Shown piece by piece: positions 50,647-58,343 of a DNA stretch of 64,000 bases (position 1 is its first letter; each line of letters starts with the position of its first letter). The notes below the pieces were generated by a model. The model saw nothing but the letters and a program-made list of their open reading frames with translations, had not been told where the DNA came from and ran no database searches. Source of the DNA: an uncultured Fibrobacterales bacterium (GTDB lineage Bacteria > Fibrobacterota > Fibrobacteria > Fibrobacterales > CAWVXU01); assembly GCA_963934255.1 (NCBI GenBank), contig CAWVXU010000001.1, positions 1 through 64,000 of the forward strand, given 5' to 3'. Both the position numbers and the translations under genes were made by a program.

Positions 50647-50678
50647 CTGACAGGGTCCTGACATAGGGCTTCTAATTT
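50647..50678 (+). promoter_or_regulatory. Direct-repeat box CTGACA-N5-CTGACA followed by a -10-like TAATTT
   Basis: Repeats at 50647 and 50658 (11-bp period), TAATTT at 50673-50678, upstream of a small ORF. Confidence 0.45.
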
Positions 50679-50718
50679 AAGTAGGAGTTCAACAGAGAGA
50701 CAAGAGAAAGGAATACAG

Positions 50719-50847
50719 ATGGTAGATATTTCAGAAGACATCAATCAGATCATGTCAGATGAGTGGTATAACCCACCAGATTGGTTTGATTATTTAATAG
50801 AACAAGATATTGAAGATTACATTGATGATGAAACCTCGGACTTTTAA
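50719..50847 (+). CDS. 42-aa highly acidic small protein (not in the ORF track)
   Basis: MVDISEDINQIMSDEWYNPPDWFDYLIEQDIEDYIDDETSDF*; AAAGGA RBS 6 nt upstream; terminator at the 3' end. Confidence 0.6.
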   Translation: MVDISEDINQIMSDEWYNPPDWFDYLIEQDIEDYIDDETSDF

Positions 50848-50865
50848 TAAGCTTCCGAGGTTTTT
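50831..50865 (+). terminator. Intrinsic terminator overlapping the end of the small acidic ORF
   Basis: AAACCTCGGA...TCCGAGGTTTTT. Confidence 0.75.
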
Positions 50866-51015
50866 ACTTGTTAGACTAGAATGAATATTGTACAAAACCC
50901 CCTTCCAACATACTAACATATACTTACTCACGAGAATATGATATTTTCGAGAAATAATATTTCTAAATATCAAATAGGTTCAATGTGAGTTGAAGTTTTA
51001 AGAGGGAGTAATTTG

Positions 51016-52086
51016 ATGAGTTTTAAACAAGGCGTGATAGAAGGCTTTTTTGGGATAGAATGGTCCTGGCAAGCTAGACGCGATATAGTCGATTTCATTG
51101 GCAAACTTGGAATGTCCACTTACATCTATGCTCCCAAATCAGATCGTAAATTAAGAACTCAATGGACTGAAGATTGGGATGATGATACCTACCAAGAGCT
51201 GAAGTCTCTAGCAGCATACACACAAGAGGCTAAAGTCGAATTTGGCATAGCTTTGAGTCCTATTAGTTTGTATGAAAATATTTCCAAATCCGATCACACT
51301 GACCTACTTAATAAAATCAATGCAATCAAAGAACTGAAGCCTAATATTGTTTGTTTATGTTTCGATGATATGAAGGCTGATATTCCTGGGCTAGCTCAGA
51401 TTCAAGTGGAACTTTGCCATACGATTCAAGGATGGCTGCCTGGTGTAGAATTAATTTTATGCCCAAGTTATTACACTTATGACCCCGTTCTCGAACGAGT
51501 TTTTGGCGATCGCCCAAGTGATTATTGGCAAACATTATCACAAGATTTACATCAAGACATTGGCATCTTCTGGACCGGTGAGGAGGTTTGTTCTCAATCT
51601 TATACTGAGGAGCATCTTATAGAAGTTAAAAAGCTCTTGGGTGATCGGCTTTATCTGTGGGATAACTATCCGGTGAATGATGGCAAAAAATTAGTTGATT
51701 TTATACATATTAAGGCTCCGGCTGGTCGTGGGGCACATTTAAAAAACCATCTACGTGGAATGATGATTAATCCGATGAATCAAGCGTACCTGAGTCAAAT
51801 CCCTCTCTATGCTATGAGTCAAACTATTAAGCAAGATGATAGTGAGTTCATGGAAAATCAATTAACGCAAGAGTCAATAGATTATTGTTTAGTGCAACAG
51901 CCTAAAGCAATTGATTTCTTTAAAAAATACAGAGTTCATATGCAAGATGTGGGGCTGAGTGATATGAGTGTCACTAAGAAGAAAGAGATACTTGAAGCCG
52001 CAGACTTTTTACCCAAGCTCATGCAATCAGAAGTGATTGACTGGCTCAATGGGGTCTATGAATTCGATCCTAAGTGTTTAACATAA
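51016..52086 (+). CDS. GH84 family beta-N-acetylglucosaminidase / O-GlcNAcase-like protein
   Basis: GVIEGFFG, YIYAPKSD, catalytic FDD, FWTGEEV, LWDNYPVND, NPMNQ. Confidence 0.88.
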   Translation: MSFKQGVIEGFFGIEWSWQARRDIVDFIGKLGMSTYIYAPKSDRKLRTQWTEDWDDDTYQELKSLAAYTQEAKVEFGIALSPISLYENISKSDHTDLLNKINAIKELKPNIVCLCFDDMKADIPGLAQIQVELCHTIQGWLPGVELILCPSYYTYDPVLERVFGDRPSDYWQTLSQDLHQDIGIFWTGEEVCSQSYTEEHLIEVKKLLGDRLYLWDNYPVNDGKKLVDFIHIKAPAGRGAHLKNHLRGMMINPMNQAYLSQIPLYAMSQTIKQDDSEFMENQLTQESIDYCLVQQPKAIDFFKKYRVHMQDVGLSDMSVTKKKEILEAADFLPKLMQSEVIDWLNGVYEFDPKCLT

Positions 52087-52254
52087 AGCTGTATGAAGAT
52101 TAACGTCTAAGAATTGACGTTAATTATTTTCGATGTGGTTTTGTCATTTCTAGGTCAAATAACTCAAAAAAAGTCTAAATCTACCGAAAACCTTTGGTCA
52201 AGGCCTCTCAAAAGGATATGCTTAGTAAGTACATCCTTTGAATTGGGAGGCTCG

Positions 52255-53571
52255 ATGTCTACAGCTAAAATATTTGTCTTAGATACTAATGTCATTCTGC
52301 ATGACCATGCATGCATGAGAAGTTTCGGTGGTAATGCGGTTGTTCTTCCCATCGCAGTCCTCGAAGAACTCGATAATTTTAAAAAAGGTAATGAGAATAT
52401 TCACTTTCAAGCGCGTCAATTTGTGCGTGAGCTTGATACTTTATCTGGAGATAAGCTCTTTGATAGAGGTGTTAAATTAGGCCCAGAACTCGGGTATCTT
52501 AAAGTGGATCTCACTCCGACTTTTCATCATGATCTCATGGGATTATTTGATCCATCCAAGCCGGATCATCAGATTCTTAATACGGCTTATTCTTTAATGA
52601 AAAACCATACTGATCGCCAAATCTTTCTCATCACAAAAGATGTGAATTTGAGGATGAAAGCCAAAGCTATTGGTTTGCTTTCACAAGACTATTTAACAGA
52701 TCAAATTGCTGATATTCATTCGATCTATCAAGGTATGCACACTGAAGAGTCATTTAATGATGAAGAAATTTCTCAGCTCTATCAAGAAAATGGAAAGCTT
52801 ACCATTACGCATGACTTAGCTATTGCTCCTACTGAAAATGAATACATGGTGATCAAAGGGAATGCTAGCTCGGCGCTCGGCGTTTATAGGAATCAAGCAA
52901 TTTATAAAGTGGACAAAAATGCAGCATATGGTATAAAACCAAAAAATTCGGAGCAAAATTTTGCACTTGAAGCGTTGCTCAATCCTGATATTCAATTGGT
53001 CACTATCTCTGGTAAAGCCGGCACAGGTAAGACGCTACTTGCCTTAGCTTCAGCACTTGAACAGCGCAAATATTATAGGCAAATATTTATTGCCAGACCC
53101 GTTGTTGCATTATCCAATAAAGATATTGGATTCTTACCTGGTGATATTAATTCAAAACTCGACCCCTATATGCAACCTCTCTTCGATAACCTTTCTGTGA
53201 TTCAAAATCAATTTGAAAATACGAGTGAGAGTTATATCAAAATCAATAAAATGATTGAAAATGAAAAGTTAAAAATCGCGCCCTTAGCCTATATTCGTGG
53301 ACGAAGCTTAAATAATATTTTCTTTATAATTGATGAAGCACAGAATTTATCTCCACATGAAGTCAAGACCATTATCACACGAGCCGGTGAAGGTACAAAG
53401 ATTATATTTACAGGCGACATTAATCAAATTGACCATCCATATCTAGATAGCCACACAAATGGACTCAGCAGCATGATAGGGCGCATGAAAGGTCAAAAGC
53501 TTTATGCTCATGTGAATCTTGAACGAGGCGAGAGGTCTGAACTAGCTGATTTGGCCAGTGATTTATTATAA
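52255..53571 (+). CDS. PIN-PhoH family protein (start corrected to ATG at 52255)
   Basis: VLDTNVILHD PIN motif, TKDVNLRMKA, GKAGTGKT, IGFLPG, RGRSL, IDEAQN; GGGAGG RBS. Confidence 0.92.
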   Translation: MSTAKIFVLDTNVILHDHACMRSFGGNAVVLPIAVLEELDNFKKGNENIHFQARQFVRELDTLSGDKLFDRGVKLGPELGYLKVDLTPTFHHDLMGLFDPSKPDHQILNTAYSLMKNHTDRQIFLITKDVNLRMKAKAIGLLSQDYLTDQIADIHSIYQGMHTEESFNDEEISQLYQENGKLTITHDLAIAPTENEYMVIKGNASSALGVYRNQAIYKVDKNAAYGIKPKNSEQNFALEALLNPDIQLVTISGKAGTGKTLLALASALEQRKYYRQIFIARPVVALSNKDIGFLPGDINSKLDPYMQPLFDNLSVIQNQFENTSESYIKINKMIENEKLKIAPLAYIRGRSLNNIFFIIDEAQNLSPHEVKTIITRAGEGTKIIFTGDINQIDHPYLDSHTNGLSSMIGRMKGQKLYAHVNLERGERSELADLASDLL

Positions 53572-53705
53572 GCTATTTTACAAATCAAAAGAAACTTTGC
53601 TTTGCCCGTTTTCTTTTGATTCCTGGGCGAGTTCACCACCAAACCGGGCAACAGTGTTCAAGAGAAAAAGGTAAAACTACACCAAGATTAACTATTGGTT
53701 TTAGA

Positions 53706-53816
53706 TCAATTTTTTAAATTCTTGAAAGATACCTCGGAATAAAAGCCAACTATGACTGTGCTTAGAGAGAGAATGAGCCCTACATAAAGTAGGAGCGACG
53801 CCAATAAGGCTGACAT
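53706..53816 (-). CDS. Putative 36-aa single-pass membrane microprotein (not in the ORF track)
   Basis: MSALLASLLLYVGLILSLSTVIVGFYSEVSFKNLKN*; GGAG RBS 5 nt upstream. Confidence 0.45.
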   Translation of the reverse strand: MSALLASLLLYVGLILSLSTVIVGFYSEVSFKNLKN

Positions 53817-53929
53817 AAGTACTCCGAAGATTTAGGAATTTTGGAAAGACAGGCTAAATAAAAGTCAATGAGATCTACCAACTTACTCTGTAGGATGAGA
53901 TGGCGGATTACAGAAATTAAATGAGTTAT

Positions 53930-54565
53930 TTAAATCTTAATAACAAGTTCTTCTAAAGTTTTGCGAACCTTTAGAGCACCAGCTGTAGCATCATCTTGAC
54001 TTCTGTACCCGATCGCTGCAACAACGGTTGAAGCTAGGCCTTGAGACTTAAGCCCAAGAATTTCATCAAATTGAGCTGGTTCAAACCCTTCAATTGGAGT
54101 CACATCAATTTTCATATTTGCTGCTAGGTTGAGAAGGTTACCCAGTGCAATATATGTTTGTTTAGCCATCCATGCTTGCTTGGTTTCTTGTGGCATTGAT
54201 TGAACTACGGCCTTTTTCATAAAGTCACCATATCCTGATAGTGCTTCTAATGGGGCGCCTCGAGTTTCTGAGATATTTTTAAGGTATGAGTCAATGTCAT
54301 CAACTGTAACATCAGTTTGCGCTGTAAAAACGAGTAGGTGAGAGGCGTCTACTACTTGGCCTTGGCCCCATGCAGCAGCTTGAAGTTTTAAGCGAATTTG
54401 CTTATCTTCAACTTGTACAAACTTCATCAGCTGCAGTCCGTATGAAGTAGCTGTCAGCTTGAGTCCTTCAAGTAAAGTAGTGAAATCTTCGTCGCTTACT
54501 TTTTTGTCTGCGTCAAATTTTTTCGTGGCATATCTCCAATTGAGATCTTTGATAACTTGTGACAT
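53930..54565 (-). CDS. NAD(P)H-dependent nitroreductase (NfsB-like); start corrected to ATG at 54565
   Basis: LNWRYATKKFD, TSYGLQ, QVVDASHL, TPIEGF, IGYRS. Confidence 0.92.
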   Translation of the reverse strand: MSQVIKDLNWRYATKKFDADKKVSDEDFTTLLEGLKLTATSYGLQLMKFVQVEDKQIRLKLQAAAWGQGQVVDASHLLVFTAQTDVTVDDIDSYLKNISETRGAPLEALSGYGDFMKKAVVQSMPQETKQAWMAKQTYIALGNLLNLAANMKIDVTPIEGFEPAQFDEILGLKSQGLASTVVAAIGYRSQDDATAGALKVRKTLEELVIKI

Positions 54566-54605
54566 GTTGTATTCCTTTTTGTTGGTTAAAATGAGAGTAA
54601 TTTTT

Positions 54606-55343
54606 TTAAGACATGGGTACTTCAATGAGAAGTAATTCTGTTTTTTTTAAAGACTTAGCGCTAAACTCGGGGAGGTCGGCAAATTGAGTTAGGCCGATAG
54701 CATCGCGTTTGTGAAGAGTCTGACCTTTAATTTCAATACTCCCATCAATGACCATAAGAAAGACTCCAGATTTTGGATTCTCTAATTTGTATGTGAAATC
54801 AATATCTGCATTAAAATCTGCACGTTTAAACCAGGCATCTTGATGGATTAAGAGTGCGCCTTGCTTTTTGTCTCGGGAATTAGACCCTGAAGGTGAGACG
54901 AGAGCTTGCCATCTATTTTGACGATCTTTGGAGCTAAAGGCTCTTTGTCCATAGTCTGGTTTACGATTCTTTTTTTTGGTGAAAACCCAAATTTGAAAGA
55001 GGGCGGTTTTTTTGTTGTCATTGGGGTTGTACTCAGAATGCCTAATTCCGGTGCCAGCTGACATCACTTGAACCTCACCAACGCTGAGGGTTTCGCCATT
55101 TCCCATGGAGTCTTTATGAGCTATCTGCCCCTCAAGGGGGATGGTAACGATTTCCATATTTTCATGAGGATGCGTAGGGAAGCCCTGACCTGCATCGATG
55201 ACATCGTCATTAAGAACTCTAAGTGCTCCAAAATGAACTCGCTTCGGATTATTGTATCCGGCAAATGAAAAGGTGTGTCTAGCTTTTAGCCAACCATGAT
55301 TGGCTTGACCTCGGTCGGCTGCTGAGTAGATTTCATGCCGCAT
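54606..55343 (-). CDS. Pirin family protein
   Basis: RGQANHGWL, FGALRVLNDD, HPHENMEI, MSAGTGIRHSE, FQIW. Confidence 0.93.
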   Translation of the reverse strand: MRHEIYSAADRGQANHGWLKARHTFSFAGYNNPKRVHFGALRVLNDDVIDAGQGFPTHPHENMEIVTIPLEGQIAHKDSMGNGETLSVGEVQVMSAGTGIRHSEYNPNDNKKTALFQIWVFTKKKNRKPDYGQRAFSSKDRQNRWQALVSPSGSNSRDKKQGALLIHQDAWFKRADFNADIDFTYKLENPKSGVFLMVIDGSIEIKGQTLHKRDAIGLTQFADLPEFSAKSLKKTELLLIEVPMS

Positions 55344-55358
55344 AAATTATCCTTGTTA

Positions 55359-55407
55359 ATATATTACATGTAAACAATATAGATTAAATTGTTTACATGT
55401 AAACTAT
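55359..55407. promoter_or_regulatory. Two palindromic operator sites upstream of the pirin-nitroreductase operon
   Basis: TTACATGTAA at 55364-55373 and perfect GTTTACATGTAAAC at 55391-55404. Confidence 0.75.
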
Positions 55408-55471
55408 GTTCTTGATTTATCGGGTAGAACGGTCCTTTTTTGCGAAGACCGGGCTTTATCAGGTCTTATTC

Positions 55472-55978
55472 TTAACGTTTATTTTTTTTACTGAGTAGCT
55501 CTTGGAACTCACTCGCGCGATTCATATTGACGCCCATATCAGAATGCCCTGTCCTTGAGGCAGATCTTAGATGTATCAATCCCTTTTCTAAATCAATTCG
55601 TAACTCAAAGTCATCTACAAATCGAAAAATCATAGAAGTAAAGGTGGCAGAGATATAAGATGAGTTTTGAACTTGAGTATTTTCGACGAGTTTTCCATCC
55701 ATTTTTTTAATCACTTCGGTGATATTCTTTTTAAGAGCGGAGAATTCCATGGATGTTGGAAATTTGATGGCCGAAAAATAATGTTCAGCATCATTTTTGT
55801 CTTCACTTTGAACGCAATTAGGAGAGCTTGGACAAGCAATGAGCTTATTGTTTGTTAAGCTACCTTGAGCGTTGAGGCTCGGTGACGGCGGTGCCGATGA
55901 ACAAGCACCTAAGAATGTAATTACAAGAGCTAGAAAGCTTAATACTGCAAGGCGTATAGATGTTTTGATGGTATTCAT
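55472..55978 (-). CDS. DUF1499 family lipoprotein
   Basis: Lipobox LGAC, CPSSPNCV, FRFVDDFE, RSASRTGHSDMGVN. Confidence 0.88.
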   Translation of the reverse strand: MNTIKTSIRLAVLSFLALVITFLGACSSAPPSPSLNAQGSLTNNKLIACPSSPNCVQSEDKNDAEHYFSAIKFPTSMEFSALKKNITEVIKKMDGKLVENTQVQNSSYISATFTSMIFRFVDDFELRIDLEKGLIHLRSASRTGHSDMGVNMNRASEFQELLSKKNKR

Positions 55979-56124
55979 TTGGATCTCAATTGAAGTGAGG
56001 GTATTACAAAGGCTGTGGTAATCTTAGAACTAAGAGAGCTGAGTTTAAATTACTTTCGTGTCAGTGGCTTATCTATCCCGATGACTTGTGGTCATACTGA
56101 GATAAAATGCACAGACTCCCAAGC

Positions 56125-57654
56125 TTATGATTCGAATTCGTCCAATGGAACATGATACTTTGGATCCTCGACAACATTGACTTCAACCAAGTCACCTGCT
56201 TTTTTTAGAAGGATTTCACAATCTTCAGAGAGATGTAAAAGATGCAGTCGCTTGCCTAAAGCTTTATATTTTTCTGAAACTGCGTGAATGGCATCTAGAC
56301 CTGAGTGGTCATGAACCCTAGTGCGTTGGAAGTCTAAATAAACATCATCAGGGTCTTTGGTCGGGTCAAAAAGTTCTTTAAACTGAGTAGTTGATGCAAA
56401 GAAAAGGTGTCCATCAATGGTTAAAACCTTTTCACCATTTTTGCCAGTGCTTGATTTCAAAGTCATCTTAGAAGCGGATTTCCATGCAAATACTAAAGCG
56501 GAGATGATAATACCCACACCTACAGCAACAGCGAGGTCTGTAAATACAGTCACAGTAGATACAGTAACAATGACAAGAGAATCTGATTTAGGGATGCGCT
56601 TCATGACACGGAATGAAGACCATTCAAAAGTACCCACAACCACCATGAACATCACACCAGTTAATGCTGCCATTGGCACCATTTCAATTAGATCAGAGGC
56701 TACTACGATGAAAAGTAATAGTCCGAGTGCTCCTGTGAGGCCTGAAAGTCGTCCACGTCCACCAGAGTTGACATTAATAATGGATTGACCGATAGTGGCA
56801 CAACCACCCATACCACCAAAGAATCCAGTGACGATATTGGCTACACCTTGACCCACACATTCTCTATTACCACGACCACGAGTCCCAGTCATCTCATCAA
56901 TGAGTGATAATGTGAGCAGTGATTCAATCAGTCCAATAGCGGCAAGTATAATAGCAGTCGGCAAGATGATCATCATTGCATCAAGACCAAAAGGTATTTG
57001 TGGTATGTGAAAAGAAGGGAATCCACCAGCTACTGAGGCAATATCACCGACAGTATTAGTATCCACTACAAAGACCGAGATAAGTGTCACAACGATAATG
57101 GCGATCAAAGCAGAAGGAACTGCCTTAGTGATTTTAGGTAGATAATGCATGATAAGCATAGTTAAAATAACCAGGCCCACCATAACAGCAAGTTCAGAAC
57201 CTTGCATCCATACTCTGGAGCCATCATCTAATATGTTTTTAAAGGCAGATAACTGAGCGAGTCCGATGACAATAGCCAGGCCATTCACAAAGCCAAACAT
57301 CACAGGCGCCGGGATGAGTCGGATGAATTTACCCAACTTGGTCACTCCACACAATACCTGAATAATTCCCATTAAAACGACAGTTGCAAATAAGTACTCT
57401 ACACCATGGTCTGAAACTAAGTCCACCATAACAACAGCAAGTGCGCCAGTTGCACCAGAAATCATCCCGGGGCGTCCACCTAAAAGAGAGGTAAAAAGAC
57501 CAATGATAAAGGCTGCGTAAAGACCCACTAATGGGTCAACACCTGCGACAAAGGCAAAAGCCACAGCTTCGGGCACGAGCACGAAGGAGACCGTGATACC
57601 TGAAAGAATATCGTTTTTAATCGATCCCTTAGGGTCAGTTAAATATTTTAACAT
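56125..57654 (-). CDS. SulP family anion transporter with STAS domain
   Basis: LVPEAVAF, GGRPGMISGATG, GGCATIGQS, GHLFFAS, DHSGLDAI. Confidence 0.94.
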   Translation of the reverse strand: MLKYLTDPKGSIKNDILSGITVSFVLVPEAVAFAFVAGVDPLVGLYAAFIIGLFTSLLGGRPGMISGATGALAVVMVDLVSDHGVEYLFATVVLMGIIQVLCGVTKLGKFIRLIPAPVMFGFVNGLAIVIGLAQLSAFKNILDDGSRVWMQGSELAVMVGLVILTMLIMHYLPKITKAVPSALIAIIVVTLISVFVVDTNTVGDIASVAGGFPSFHIPQIPFGLDAMMIILPTAIILAAIGLIESLLTLSLIDEMTGTRGRGNRECVGQGVANIVTGFFGGMGGCATIGQSIINVNSGGRGRLSGLTGALGLLLFIVVASDLIEMVPMAALTGVMFMVVVGTFEWSSFRVMKRIPKSDSLVIVTVSTVTVFTDLAVAVGVGIIISALVFAWKSASKMTLKSSTGKNGEKVLTIDGHLFFASTTQFKELFDPTKDPDDVYLDFQRTRVHDHSGLDAIHAVSEKYKALGKRLHLLHLSEDCEILLKKAGDLVEVNVVEDPKYHVPLDEFES

Positions 57655-57860
57655 TTATTTTCCTTGGCAACTTGCCTTTAGAGCCGAAAACTCAGCTTCT
57701 CAATATGCGCACAAAGGTAGTTAAAAGCCCACTACTAATTAGAGGGTTCTATGGGTTTATCTCGTGGTTCAATTCAAGGAGGTTGAGTTTATTGAGACCT
57801 TATTGATAGATTATTCAGTGAGTTCGCCATTTCCCTTCTAGATAAAACTAGTTTTTGCTT

Positions 57861-58310
57861 ATGAAAATATATGTAGATGCAGATGCTTGCCCCGTACTAG
57901 CAAAAGAAACGCTTTTTAAAGTCAGTGAAAGACTGAGTGTGACATTGGTATTTATCGCCAATCAATTTATGAGACTCCCCAAAGACCCTCTGGTTGAATT
58001 TATCCTTGCTAATGATGGCCCTGATGAAGCCGATAACATGATTGTTGAATTAATGGAAGCCGGTGATTTGGTCATTACCTCAGATATCCCATTAGCTGAT
58101 CGTGCGATCAAAAAGGATGGTGATGTTTTGGATCCCCGTGGAGTGGTGATGGATAAAGAAAACATCGGAAGTAAACTCGGGACGAGAAACCTGATGGAAG
58201 AGCTAAGAAACAATGGTCTAAATACAGGTGGGCCTTCAGCTTATAGCAAGAAGGATCGTCAGGATTTTGCTAATGCAATTGATAAGTATTTGACGCGTCG
58301 TTTGGGGTAA
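57861..58310 (+). CDS. YaiI/YqxD family protein
   Basis: IYVDADACPV, DEADN, DLVITSDIPLA, GGPSAY. Confidence 0.9.
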   Translation: MKIYVDADACPVLAKETLFKVSERLSVTLVFIANQFMRLPKDPLVEFILANDGPDEADNMIVELMEAGDLVITSDIPLADRAIKKDGDVLDPRGVVMDKENIGSKLGTRNLMEELRNNGLNTGGPSAYSKKDRQDFANAIDKYLTRRLG

Positions 58311-58343
58311 GGGTTCGTTAAAATTTAGTTGAGGATTTAAAAT

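Noticed and set aside
52114..52254. 5' extension of the PhoH ORF (likewise 54566-54625 and 62523-62642 for nitroreductase and FKBP)
   Set aside because: Family-typical N-termini or RBSs occur at downstream ATGs.
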